A stretch of DNA of 42,288 bases from positions 1-42,288 of the IMG/VR virus record IMGVR_UViG_3300043220_000204, one strand, 5' to 3'. Numbering within the stretch: position 1 is the stretch's first letter; every line of letters begins with the position of its first letter. This DNA is from a virus. Taxonomy: Duplodnaviria > Caudoviricetes. This document shows, piece by piece, positions 9,054 to 18,505 of the stretch. The notes under the pieces were generated by a model, which was given only the letters and a program-made list of their open reading frames with translations, did not search any database and was not told where the DNA came from. A program made the position numbers and the translations under genes.

Positions 9054-9173
9054 AAATTTATGGGAGGTTGTTTTATTTCAGATTGCTCAGGATTTGGAGA
9101 ACAGCAGCTTGCATCTGTGCAGGAAGATCGTATTGAAATCATCGGAAATATCCATCAACAGAAAAACAAATAA
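9051..9173 (+). pseudogene. C-terminal remnant of a YopX-family gene
   Basis: FKFMGGCFIS...IEIIGNIHQ* matches the YopX C-terminal E-V/I-I-GNIH motif; frame closed upstream by TAA at 9024. Confidence 0.6.
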
Positions 9174-9216
9174 TAATTTAGATGCTTGACTTATTTTACC
9201 CAGGGAAACTATTCTG

Positions 9217-9247
9217 TTGACAATATTCACTTTATATTTTATATATT
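9217..9247 (+). promoter_or_regulatory. promoter for the Rha gene
   Basis: TTGACA (9217-9222), 17 nt, TATATA; a second TTGACT at 9186. Confidence 0.5.
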
Positions 9248-9278
9248 GTATATAATTAATCAAAATAAGGAATTATTT

Positions 9279-9908
9279 ATGAATTTAGTGAATATTGAAA
9301 AAAACTCAGCGTCAACTACTTCAAATATAATTGCAGAACATTTCGGGAAAACCCATAAACACGTTCTTGATTCTATTGATAATTTAATCAGAGATCTCAC
9401 GGCCGAAAATTACGCCGTGAAAGATTATTTTAAAGAAAGTGATTGGATTAATGACAGGAATAGAAAATATAGAATGTATAAAATTTCCCGTGATGGTTTT
9501 TCGCTTTTAGGAATGGGATTTACTGGCAAAAAAGCCCTAAAATTTAAAACAGATTTCATAAAAGCTTTCAAATTAATGGAATCAAGATTAAAAGAATCTG
9601 CTCATAATAGAAGTGTTGGCGTTGAGGTTAGAAAAGTTCTCACCGATACAATTGAAGATTCAGGCGAAAATAAAAGAATGCATGGGCACGGATTTTCAAC
9701 ATACACAAAGCTTGCTTACAAATTAGCCGGTATTAAATATATAAAGCCACCAAAAGGAATTAAGTTCAGAGACCAATTAAATACATTTGATCTTGACCGT
9801 GTAAAGAGTATTGAGTCGATTATGAAAGAATTAATAAATTCAGGGAAAATTTACAACGAAATAAAAGAAGACTTAAATAATATTTTTGGTCAAAAACTTT
9901 TATCATAA
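9279..9908 (+). CDS. rha: Rha-family phage regulatory protein
   Basis: TTSNIIAEHFGKTHKHVLDSI, SRDGFSLLGMGFTGKKALKFK..FIKAF..ME; start ATG 9279 after AAGGA. Confidence 0.92.
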   Translation: MNLVNIEKNSASTTSNIIAEHFGKTHKHVLDSIDNLIRDLTAENYAVKDYFKESDWINDRNRKYRMYKISRDGFSLLGMGFTGKKALKFKTDFIKAFKLMESRLKESAHNRSVGVEVRKVLTDTIEDSGENKRMHGHGFSTYTKLAYKLAGIKYIKPPKGIKFRDQLNTFDLDRVKSIESIMKELINSGKIYNEIKEDLNNIFGQKLLS

Positions 9909-9920
9909 GGAGCATGTAGA

Positions 9921-10196
9921 GTGATGAATATTGAGATTATAACGATATATTTCGGAATATTTTCTGTTGTTGTAACATTTTGCTGCGCTGTTTATTATAT
10001 AAAAAAAGAACATGGGGATTTCTTCAAAAATATAATAAAAGCATCCAAGGAATTTTTCACAATAGAGACATGTTATCTTTGTGGCGAAATTATATCAGAG
10101 GAGGATTTAAATATTTCTGTTAATTACTTTACTGGGGAAGAAGTATTTCTGTGTGGAAGCTGTAATTTAAGAGTTGATAATATATTTATAAAATAA
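9921..10196 (+). CDS. membrane-anchored zinc-finger hypothetical protein
   Basis: N-terminal hydrophobic helix; CYLC...CGSC; AAGGAG SD. Confidence 0.7.
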   Translation: MMNIEIITIYFGIFSVVVTFCCAVYYIKKEHGDFFKNIIKASKEFFTIETCYLCGEIISEEDLNISVNYFTGEEVFLCGSCNLRVDNIFIK

Positions 10197-10211
10197 GGGA
10201 GTGTCTGAATA

Positions 10212-10394
10212 ATGAGTGAAAAAATATTAAAAGCAATGTTTGAAGCAAATGAACAATTTTTGAAAGATGATTTTGAGGCATTCATGGTTGAAAATAATCC
10301 TCATATTTATATTGATTATGGCGTTGAGTCAATTTCAATTATGTTTGAATGTTATAGAGCTGGGCGATATCACAAAAAAGATAATGGTGCATAA
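10212..10394 (+). CDS. hypothetical protein
   Basis: GGGAG SD; operon packing. Confidence 0.65.
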   Translation: MSEKILKAMFEANEQFLKDDFEAFMVENNPHIYIDYGVESISIMFECYRAGRYHKKDNGA

Positions 10395-10397
10395 AAC

Positions 10398-10679
10398 ATG
10401 CACTCTAAAAAAGTATTAAGATATTATTGCGATCATTGCGGAAAAGGGTTTTGGAGAAAACCATTATCCTTAGAGCATGAAAAAATATGTTATTACAACC
10501 CAGAAAATGAATGTTGTGGAAGTTGTGACCATTTCGAAGATTGGCACTGCTTACATTTTGATAAAAGCCTTCGAGTAAATTTAGCACAAATACCAGAAGG
10601 TGAAGAATATCTTAACTATATGTTATTCCAAAAACATTGTGGATCTTGGAAGCCTCAAGGGTCACGGGACACATATTAA
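10398..10679 (+). CDS. Cys/His-rich zinc-binding hypothetical protein
   Basis: YYCDHCGK...HEKIC..NP...CGSCDH. Confidence 0.75.
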   Translation: MHSKKVLRYYCDHCGKGFWRKPLSLEHEKICYYNPENECCGSCDHFEDWHCLHFDKSLRVNLAQIPEGEEYLNYMLFQKHCGSWKPQGSRDTY

Positions 10680-10713
10680 AAAACCCTAAGTAAATAAAGG
10701 AGTGGATTGAATA

Positions 10714-10929
10714 ATGGAAAAGAAGCCAAAACACAAAGACATAGAAAAGTATGGCTATATGCTTAATTACAGCCCATCAGAAAATAACTGGTATGCATCT
10801 ATGGAAACTGACAAAAGTGACGCTTGGTACAAGTGGATTGAAGCAGAGCAAAAGTTTGATTTGATAGTATCATACCATGTGCCAAACGATATAATTCTAA
10901 ATGCGCCCTATTTAAAAGGAGCATCTTAA
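10714..10929 (+). CDS. hypothetical protein
   Basis: AAGGAG SD; operon packing. Confidence 0.65.
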   Translation: MEKKPKHKDIEKYGYMLNYSPSENNWYASMETDKSDAWYKWIEAEQKFDLIVSYHVPNDIILNAPYLKGAS

Positions 10930-11133
10930 ATGAACAACCCAACACTAATAAACATACACGAGCTATACGTTCCAGAGCTAAAAGACCAAAAAAAATATGA
11001 TTTCGAAACCGTAGACGCTGTGTGTGAATTCTTCAACTGCAACGAAAAATGTGAAATTTGTATTTATTTTTCTCTTGAAAATAACAAGGAATTTTTGGAA
11101 AGAATTGTCAGAAAAAACATAATAACGGATTAA
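10930..11133 (+). CDS. hypothetical protein
   Basis: AAGGAG SD; abuts upstream stop; Cys cluster. Confidence 0.65.
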   Translation: MNNPTLINIHELYVPELKDQKKYDFETVDAVCEFFNCNEKCEICIYFSLENNKEFLERIVRKNIITD

Positions 11134-11137
11134 AAAA

Positions 11138-11416
11138 ATGGTTAGCATGAAAGCAAAACTATTAAACTACGTCGAACATCACCTGCATGACGCACCAACA
11201 TATAAACAGGGCTTGAAAATAGCGAGTGAAATATACGGAATAGTCAGCCCTGAATATTGTACGAGGAGCTCCGCAGATATGCAGATATGTTTTAAATATA
11301 GTGGCCGAAAAAGGTCATACTACTTTAGAACTAAAAAAGAATGCCATAAATGTGATAATGAGTATGATCTTAATGACAGTAATTGTATAAGATGCTTGAT
11401 GGGAATTAAGGATTAA
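11138..11416 (+). CDS. hypothetical protein with C-terminal zinc ribbon
   Basis: CHKC...CIRC. Confidence 0.65.
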   Translation: MVSMKAKLLNYVEHHLHDAPTYKQGLKIASEIYGIVSPEYCTRSSADMQICFKYSGRKRSYYFRTKKECHKCDNEYDLNDSNCIRCLMGIKD

Positions 11417-11418
11417 AA

Positions 11419-11913
11419 ATGGCAAAAGAACCCTTACTTGTACACAGAATTAATAAATCAATAATTGGTTTCACTGAAAAAGATCAAGATTTATTAATGT
11501 CTGTCAAAGAAAATGTTCCTTTTGAGATTCAGACAAAAGGGATTAAAAATAAAATAGGTGCTTCACATATGCGTTTATATTGGGCTTGCTGCACATTTAT
11601 GGTCAACCAGCTATGCGACAAAGACCTGGATAACAAATATAAAATAGACACGGCTTTAAGACACGAATTGAAATTCTATGATTTAGATAAATGTGTGATT
11701 AAATTTGAAAACGAAGTTGCTGTTCTTGTTATAATGGTTTTAATGTCTATTTCTATGAAAAATATAAATGCTATTTTAAAAAAAGATTATTTCAATAAAG
11801 CAATAAAGAAAATGGCTGAAATGTTAGGTAATGAGGTTGATACGTTTGTTAAAGAGGTTCAATCACAAATGCTTGACAAGCACGGGAAATATTCAAACAA
11901 GGAGTCTAAATAA
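11419..11913 (+). CDS. DUF1367/NinB-like recombination accessory protein
   Basis: Pattern ..TEKDQDLL..K......HMRLYWA...SISMKN....YFNKAI recalls DUF1367/NinB; nin-region position. Confidence 0.55.
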   Translation: MAKEPLLVHRINKSIIGFTEKDQDLLMSVKENVPFEIQTKGIKNKIGASHMRLYWACCTFMVNQLCDKDLDNKYKIDTALRHELKFYDLDKCVIKFENEVAVLVIMVLMSISMKNINAILKKDYFNKAIKKMAEMLGNEVDTFVKEVQSQMLDKHGKYSNKESK

Positions 11914-11914
11914 A

Positions 11915-12151
11915 ATGTGTGATTGCATAAAAGAAATTGAAAAAAAATTACATGAAAACTGTTTAAAACATAAGTACAGAAAACCATTTGAAAAGGTTAA
12001 AATCGAACAAAGGTTTGTTATAAATAAAAAAGATGGCAGCTTGGGCCAAAGAATGTTCACAAAAGCTCTTATAACCCTTAATGGTCAAAATAAAAAATTA
12101 GAAGAAATAATTCTTCATTCCTATTGTCCGTTTTGTGGTGAGGAAATATGA
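11915..12151 (+). CDS. small hypothetical protein (MCDC...YCPFCG)
   Basis: Common phage MCxC / CPFCG pattern; AAGGAG SD favours start 11915. Confidence 0.75.
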   Translation: MCDCIKEIEKKLHENCLKHKYRKPFEKVKIEQRFVINKKDGSLGQRMFTKALITLNGQNKKLEEIILHSYCPFCGEEI

Positions 12152-12465
12152 AAGTTAAAACTTATTTCAAAGAAAAGCCAGAGCGAAACGAGAAATATCT
12201 TAAGTTCATCCGGTCTAAAAGATGTTTAAAGTGTTGTGCAAGTATTAATATTTCAGCCCATCATGAGCAAAAAAAAGGTCACGGAGGGATAGCAACCAAA
12301 TGTAGCGATAAAAGAACACTACCTCTATGTGCTGACTGCCATGTTTTATTGCCTAAATCAAGGCATCGAACATCAAGGGAAGAATTTTGGGGGAAATTTT
12401 TGGGTGAAAAAATAGACATTGAGGCTAAAATAAAAGAATTTAATGCAGAGTGGGAAAATGTGTGA
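12148..12465 (+). CDS. DUF968-like HNH-fold nuclease
   Basis: RNEKYLKFIRSKRCLKC...AHH...GGIATKCSD..LPLCADCH. Confidence 0.8.
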   Translation: MKVKTYFKEKPERNEKYLKFIRSKRCLKCCASINISAHHEQKKGHGGIATKCSDKRTLPLCADCHVLLPKSRHRTSREEFWGKFLGEKIDIEAKIKEFNAEWENV

Positions 12466-12467
12466 TT

Positions 12468-12683
12468 ATGTTTTATATTGTTTCTACAGGAATGCCAGAA
12501 TGGGAGTTTGAAAATATATCAATAAAGTATGACATAGACTATTTCAATGATGCCAGGATTAGATTTAATTCTTTGGCAAAATTAGAAATAAAATCTATGT
12601 CAAAGGTAAAATTCAGAACGCAATGTCTAAAGGCCAGGGATAGACTTTTTAGAAATAATTATAACCGGAAGGGGAGGATTTGA
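12468..12683 (+). CDS. hypothetical protein
   Basis: Last sizeable ORF of the + operon. Confidence 0.55.
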   Translation: MFYIVSTGMPEWEFENISIKYDIDYFNDARIRFNSLAKLEIKSMSKVKFRTQCLKARDRLFRNNYNRKGRI

Positions 12684-12792
12684 GTTTGATTAGTTATTTA
12701 GGAATTACCCCATTTATCCCGAAAAAAGGATTTGAACAAATGGTGATTTGGGATATGTAATTATAAAAGACTACTTAATTGCATCCTTTTTA

Positions 12793-14742
12793 TTATAAAA
12801 TTTTTATTGTAAAAACACCATCTTTTATCTTCCTGATCTGCCCAATAATTATTTTTAATTGCCCAAATGTTATATCTGTTTTTGATATTGTCATTCCTTT
12901 TATTTTTCCATTATCATCAACAGGAATCACATAATCACCAACATTTCCAGAATCTATATTTATAGGAACTTTACCACTATATGCAATTCTATCAACCCTC
13001 TGCCTTGATTCTTCAAGCTTTGTTAAATATTTATTAAGTTCAATTTCATATTCAGAAACCCTCTTTTTATAATCTTCTTCAGATTCTTCTTTTCCAATAA
13101 TTATAGTGTCATATTCTCCTGCGACTTTAGGTTTGTTAATTATTGTGGTATCATCTTTACCAAATATAGGTAATACACTTTCTTTAATAAGGACTCTTTC
13201 GATATCTGCTGGTATTTTAATAGGTACTTCAGGGACTGAACTACTCCCCCACACATCATCGCCAACAATACATGGGTTTGTTGACTTTACGCCAAATGAA
13301 ATAGATTCAGAAAATTTATCAGTAAGAAAACCATCTTTATCAAAACCACAGATATCACCCTTTTTTATCTCACCACATAATATACTTTTCGTTTCATATT
13401 CAGCATAATCGGCTCCTCCACTATTAAGTGTTCCTGATAAGCTTGCACTTCTACCTGTTCCAACGTTTTTTCCAACTTTCAAGGCGGTATTAGCTGCGTT
13501 ATATGATTCGTCATCAACCGCATGCACAAGTAAACTGGTAAGCCCAGAGGCGTTGCTACTCTTAATTCTTGCCATTATGGAATTAATTGCAACACTTTTT
13601 GACATATCTAAGGAATATGTTGGAACCCCTGGCCCAATACCAAGAAAACCACCTGGAAGGTAAACATAACTTGTATCTCTATCAATTGTTAATCTATCAC
13701 TTAAAACAGTTGCACCTATTTTTATATGAAATTTATTTGTAGCCCCATCATAATGCACGTAGGCCCCGTTTTTAGTTGCCGTTGAGCCAGGGCCTTCAGT
13801 TAAAAAAATACCTGCGTTGCTAGGACTACTGTTGGTATTTATTATCAAATTCGTTTCGCCGCTGTTCTGTAAATGCAATTTTGCCATTGCGGATGGTGCA
13901 CCCATAGATGTGTTGCCATTATTATCAACACTAACAACAGGATCAAGTGTACCATCAGGCGAAACTATTTTTGAATGCTTATGTATATCGACAACAGAAT
14001 CATCAGTAAGCGAATTTAATTCTGATCCTGTGGCTGCCGTGTCACTGTGACTTGCTATCGTGTGAGATTCTGCGTGTCTTGCTGCTGTATTTGCCTGAAT
14101 TTCTGCATTTGATAGTGTACCTCCGACGCTTGAATCTCCTGTGGAATGAACCTCAGAGGCCGTGAATACGTCTGTTGTGTCTATTGTGTCTTCACCTAAA
14201 GTCAAGTGGTTCAAGAATTCATTTATACCTGAAACGTCACCTACTGTTATTGAATCGAGTCCGGTTCCTTCGGCATCAACAACAGGAATTGAACCAGGTT
14301 CAGAGGGAAACACAAAGTCTATATCTTCAACTGAGCCACCTTCCCACACTTCAGAGCTAACCTTCACAGACCTCTCTATTAATTCAGCTTGATCCTGGTT
14401 CTGCTTTGTAAGTTTATCCAAGGCAGCTTCTATATTTTTTGAAGAAAAATCACCTTTTTGTGGTAAACTAAGACCTTGGGTGAGAGCAACGTCTCTTTCT
14501 AATAACAAATCAAAATCACTCGTTATTGAAGAAACTAATGTCACGGCATTAGCTCCTCCAACTGGCAAGGCAACAGTATAATCGGTCGTCAAAACCAAAA
14601 CCTCTGTAACACCTGACGAATTATTTATTTTTGTGACAACAACTTCATTTTGAGTACTAATATCCCATGTTATAGGGAATGGCCCTGTTGTCCCCGATCC
14701 TGTATACTGATTTGGTCTATAATTAGTTGATGATACTGTCAT
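12793..14742 (-). CDS. tail fibre/spike with C-terminal autocleaving chaperone (peptidase G2-like)
   Basis: N-terminal podovirus anchor (YTGSG...F...DY.V...RD...Q.......F....IEAALDKLT..Q), HxH-type motifs, C-terminal GADYAEY and RIAYSGKVPIN. Confidence 0.85.
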   Translation of the reverse strand: MTVSSTNYRPNQYTGSGTTGPFPITWDISTQNEVVVTKINNSSGVTEVLVLTTDYTVALPVGGANAVTLVSSITSDFDLLLERDVALTQGLSLPQKGDFSSKNIEAALDKLTKQNQDQAELIERSVKVSSEVWEGGSVEDIDFVFPSEPGSIPVVDAEGTGLDSITVGDVSGINEFLNHLTLGEDTIDTTDVFTASEVHSTGDSSVGGTLSNAEIQANTAARHAESHTIASHSDTAATGSELNSLTDDSVVDIHKHSKIVSPDGTLDPVVSVDNNGNTSMGAPSAMAKLHLQNSGETNLIINTNSSPSNAGIFLTEGPGSTATKNGAYVHYDGATNKFHIKIGATVLSDRLTIDRDTSYVYLPGGFLGIGPGVPTYSLDMSKSVAINSIMARIKSSNASGLTSLLVHAVDDESYNAANTALKVGKNVGTGRSASLSGTLNSGGADYAEYETKSILCGEIKKGDICGFDKDGFLTDKFSESISFGVKSTNPCIVGDDVWGSSSVPEVPIKIPADIERVLIKESVLPIFGKDDTTIINKPKVAGEYDTIIIGKEESEEDYKKRVSEYEIELNKYLTKLEESRQRVDRIAYSGKVPINIDSGNVGDYVIPVDDNGKIKGMTISKTDITFGQLKIIIGQIRKIKDGVFTIKIL

Positions 14743-14751
14743 TTTATACCC

Positions 14752-17418
14752 TTAATTTTGGAGTTTGTCGAACCAGTTGCGCCCACCAAATTCTTTATTG
14801 TATCTTTTTTCACGCCTTTTTCTTGCACCCGGAGAAACTGCATCTTGAACATGATTCATTATTGTATAATCCAAAACACTCTTTGACCACCACATATTTA
14901 TGAAAGGTGTGTGGTTCTTGGCCTTATAAATTAAATCAGCAGCCTTTGCATCGCCTCTGTACATGTCTTGAAATAATTCTACAGCTTCGGCAACGGAACC
15001 AACAACAGGCCCGGCCAATGAGTCAATAAGCCCACCACCAAATCTATTATGTTTTGCAAGAAGAAAATCACCATAAAAAGCAGCTCCTCCACCTTGCAGT
15101 GCTGCTTTTAACCATGTTTCTGGCTTGTTTGGGTCTCTTGGAGTGTTACCTTTTGCAATGTCCTTCAGTGTCATGGCTGCATAGCCGAAAACCAGAGAGT
15201 TGGCTATAAAAAAAGCTAACCCGGCTTTATCCGATTGATTTACACCTTTATTGTTCCATCTTTGAGCCTTCAAAAATCTTTGTTGAAATGTCCATGGAAA
15301 AGCTTTGAATTGTGCCATGCTTCTTAATAATTCACCCTTTGCGGTTCCTGGCTTTGTGCCTTGTAATAATGCAGCCCTTGTTCTATCATCAGAGGCTATA
15401 ATGCTTGTATCAACTTCATCAGCTACAAATGCAAAGTATTTTCTCTGTAAATCTTTTTTTGATTGTTCAATAATAGCTTTTCTGTCAATATCAATGCCTG
15501 ACTCTAAATCGTCTATTATTTTTTGTATTTCTTCTATTTTGAATTTATGTTCTACTTTACCGGTTCTTAATAATTTATTTTTACTTGACTGAATAGAATT
15601 TCTTAATTTACCAATCTCTTCTTTCCTTGACTTACTAAAAAGAGCTAATCTATCTTTTGCAATAGTTTTTCTAACAATTTTGTCGTCAACGTTTAATATT
15701 TCTTCCGGCAATAAGAATTCTTTTTTTGAAAGTCTTTTTGTGGATCTTCTGAGAACAGACCAATCGTTTTCGTCTATTCCGTGCAAATCGAAGACATTTT
15801 TCATTTGTCCTAAATCTTTAAATGATCTTCTTTTTAGATATGCTAATCTTCCTGAAAGTTGGTGGCTTGCTCCCATTTGTCCAACTTCTGTTATTGCATT
15901 TAACCCTGACATTTTAAAAAATACGTCCATAGATGAAGACATTAACCCTGGTTGCCCCGCATCAGGGTCGAATCTACTCATGACTGAGGTAATCATTCCG
16001 TCATAACCGTAGCCTAATGCATTAGCTACCTCTTTAATTTCCTTATCACCAAGACCAATAGTGTATTGCCTGAACGCATCTCTCCAAGCCTCAAACATGT
16101 TTTGTCCACGAAAACGAATATTCATTGCATTGATATACACATCAGCAGTTGCGCTTAATGTTGCAAATCCTAATTTTGTTATACTCTCCCATGCTCTTAA
16201 GCCACTTCCTATAGATGCTGCGGTTAAGTTGATAGGATTAAGAGTTTCACCACTTGCCTCTGCAAATGATATCCCAACAGTTCCCTCTCTTTTGTCAAAA
16301 TCGCCTGCAATTTGGTCTAAAAGTGATATATTATTAGGACTATTTTTTAGCTGTAATCTCTGCTCGCTTAGGATTTTTTTTACCATAAATTCAGGATTAG
16401 TGCCAAGCCTGTTTAGCAATGCAAAGTTTCTACTTGACCTATTCATATGTGTTACTAATGATTCAAAAATTGTACCTCTTCCATATTTATTATTATAAGC
16501 GATAACTGAATCTGCATCTTTATATTGGAAAACTCTATTTTTTGAAATCTTGGTTGCTAAATTTGATGGTGCTGAAAAGCTTGGAATCTCTTTTACATTT
16601 GAAACTCCTGTGACAATTGTTTCATATACTTCTTCTAAAACTTTTCGTGATTCAGCATCCGACAAACCAGGGAATGTTTCTTTGAGATCTAAATATCCCA
16701 TTTGATCTTCTACCCATACAGGTTTTTTTGCTTTGTGCATTTTAAATCTGTCATGGCTTTGAGGTGTCCATCCCTCAATTTTTCCTATACCCGCACCCTC
16801 TTTATTTAGAGCTTCTCTGACTATCTCTGAATATTTTGATATTATTTTACCCATGGTTCTTGCTTGGCTATTTTTAGTTGAAAGTGGGGATCTTATTTCA
16901 CGAATAATATCATCATTAAAGTCTTTACTTTTTAATAGCTTTCTAACTCCCTGTACAGCCCTGTTTGCTTCATCCATGAAAGAATGTGACCATGATCTAA
17001 AAATACCATCTTTCATAGCTTGTATGGAATTTCGTGCCCCCTTAACTCTTAAATGAGAACCGAAGAATAATGCTTGCCATGCTTCCTTTACTGGTTTAGT
17101 TGCTAAGACCCTATCTTTTTTGAAGGGAATCTTAACTCCTCTTTGGGTAGGAGCGTTTTCAATTATATCATCCAAGCCTTTTTTAATCTGTTTCATTTTT
17201 ACAATATTATTATAAGCATCAAATTTTTTCCGTAATAAAGCGTTTCTTTCTCTATATGCTAATTTGGTAATTTCATTGTCAAGAAATGCCCTTGGATCGT
17301 CCACTACACCAGAATTAATATAAGAAGCTCTTCTTGCCTCTACAATATCAACTATTTCAGCGACTTTTTCTTCTGATAATCCGGTCTTTGCTGCTACTTC
17401 TTCAATACATGTAGGCAT
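14752..17418 (-). CDS. large internal virion (ejection) protein
   Basis: 888 aa helical protein; WTPQSHD, GTKPGTAKGELLRSMAQFKAFP and ALQGGG..FYGDFL motifs of epsilon15/BPP-1-type core proteins; synteny. Confidence 0.8.
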   Translation of the reverse strand: MPTCIEEVAAKTGLSEEKVAEIVDIVEARRASYINSGVVDDPRAFLDNEITKLAYRERNALLRKKFDAYNNIVKMKQIKKGLDDIIENAPTQRGVKIPFKKDRVLATKPVKEAWQALFFGSHLRVKGARNSIQAMKDGIFRSWSHSFMDEANRAVQGVRKLLKSKDFNDDIIREIRSPLSTKNSQARTMGKIISKYSEIVREALNKEGAGIGKIEGWTPQSHDRFKMHKAKKPVWVEDQMGYLDLKETFPGLSDAESRKVLEEVYETIVTGVSNVKEIPSFSAPSNLATKISKNRVFQYKDADSVIAYNNKYGRGTIFESLVTHMNRSSRNFALLNRLGTNPEFMVKKILSEQRLQLKNSPNNISLLDQIAGDFDKREGTVGISFAEASGETLNPINLTAASIGSGLRAWESITKLGFATLSATADVYINAMNIRFRGQNMFEAWRDAFRQYTIGLGDKEIKEVANALGYGYDGMITSVMSRFDPDAGQPGLMSSSMDVFFKMSGLNAITEVGQMGASHQLSGRLAYLKRRSFKDLGQMKNVFDLHGIDENDWSVLRRSTKRLSKKEFLLPEEILNVDDKIVRKTIAKDRLALFSKSRKEEIGKLRNSIQSSKNKLLRTGKVEHKFKIEEIQKIIDDLESGIDIDRKAIIEQSKKDLQRKYFAFVADEVDTSIIASDDRTRAALLQGTKPGTAKGELLRSMAQFKAFPWTFQQRFLKAQRWNNKGVNQSDKAGLAFFIANSLVFGYAAMTLKDIAKGNTPRDPNKPETWLKAALQGGGAAFYGDFLLAKHNRFGGGLIDSLAGPVVGSVAEAVELFQDMYRGDAKAADLIYKAKNHTPFINMWWSKSVLDYTIMNHVQDAVSPGARKRREKRYNKEFGGRNWFDKLQN

Positions 17419-17419
17419 A

Positions 17420-18505
17420 TTACCTCGTTAAGCATTCGCCTGCTAATCTATAGGCGTTAAATGTTTCGTCAATATCAACCTCTGTACCCTTCAAGGTTAA
17501 TTCGTCGTCCGCCGTTATCAAGCCTTCTTTTCTTAAATTTTCAATTTCATCAATTTGTCTAAAATGTCCTGTTTCTGCGTTTATCCCTACGTCAGCTACT
17601 TCGTTTTTAATCTGGTCAATCTCTGTTGTGAATTTTTTTGGAGCCGGATTTGGTAAGTCTGGATATTGTTTTGCCGGTGAATAGTTTGTCTCTTCAATAT
17701 TTATTTTTGAACCTTCAGGTAAATCTTTGTTTAAATCAGGGGCATATCTTCTATGTTGTGCTGAAATATCTATTTGTGCATCAATATCATCGTCCACAAG
17801 TGCTTTTTCCATCATATTGCCAACCTTAAGCCTGTTCTCTTGCCTCAATGCTCTTCTTGCTGTAATCGCCCCACCCACTGCACCAAAAGTGCCTCCTATT
17901 GCCGGGGCAAACATTAAATCTAAAGCAATCTGGTTGAATGTTATATCTTCGCCCTGTTTATTTAATTCACGGGCTATGAATGGTTCTGTCAATGCTGTCC
18001 CTATAAATGCATCAACAGCTCCAATTCCTGCGCGTCTTATTATATTTGAAGATGCAACAGCGGTTTTAATACCTTTTCCAACTGCTGCGCCTTTGCCTAT
18101 AATTCCGGCAAACGGTATATAATTTACCGGGTCAATTAATTGAGTTATCATTGAAGCTCCAAACCCTGCAATTGACCTGAAGCCTGTAGGAGATCTTTCT
18201 ATAAGGGATTTATTGTATTGCCTTTCATCAAAAAGCCTTGCATATTCAGAAGCTTGATTTTCAGAAAAATCTTCGAACTCTATTTCTTTTCTGAAATTTT
18301 CTGATTGTTTCCATTCTTCCTTTGTAATTACAGGGTCATTCGTCTCAGATACTTTTATTGCGTTTCCAATTGCGCCTGGTGTTGTCCAATCAAAAGACTC
18401 ACTAACCTTTGCACCTATAAATTCACTGAATGGCGTTTTTCTTCTTTCATAGTCGTTTGCTATTGACCGATCCGTTTCAACTCTTGATTTTGGAATTATT
18501 ATCAT
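17420..18505 (-). CDS. internal virion (ejection) protein
   Basis: DPVNYIPF motif plus Gly/Ala-rich hydrophobic helices; synteny. Confidence 0.75.
   Translation of the reverse strand: MIIIPKSRVETDRSIANDYERRKTPFSEFIGAKVSESFDWTTPGAIGNAIKVSETNDPVITKEEWKQSENFRKEIEFEDFSENQASEYARLFDERQYNKSLIERSPTGFRSIAGFGASMITQLIDPVNYIPFAGIIGKGAAVGKGIKTAVASSNIIRRAGIGAVDAFIGTALTEPFIARELNKQGEDITFNQIALDLMFAPAIGGTFGAVGGAITARRALRQENRLKVGNMMEKALVDDDIDAQIDISAQHRRYAPDLNKDLPEGSKINIEETNYSPAKQYPDLPNPAPKKFTTEIDQIKNEVADVGINAETGHFRQIDEIENLRKEGLITADDELTLKGTEVDIDETFNAYRLAGECLTR

Noticed and set aside
12700-14742. BPP-1-style diversity-generating retroelement
   Set aside because: No reverse transcriptase ORF, and I found no TR/VR repeat pair near the tail fibre or elsewhere
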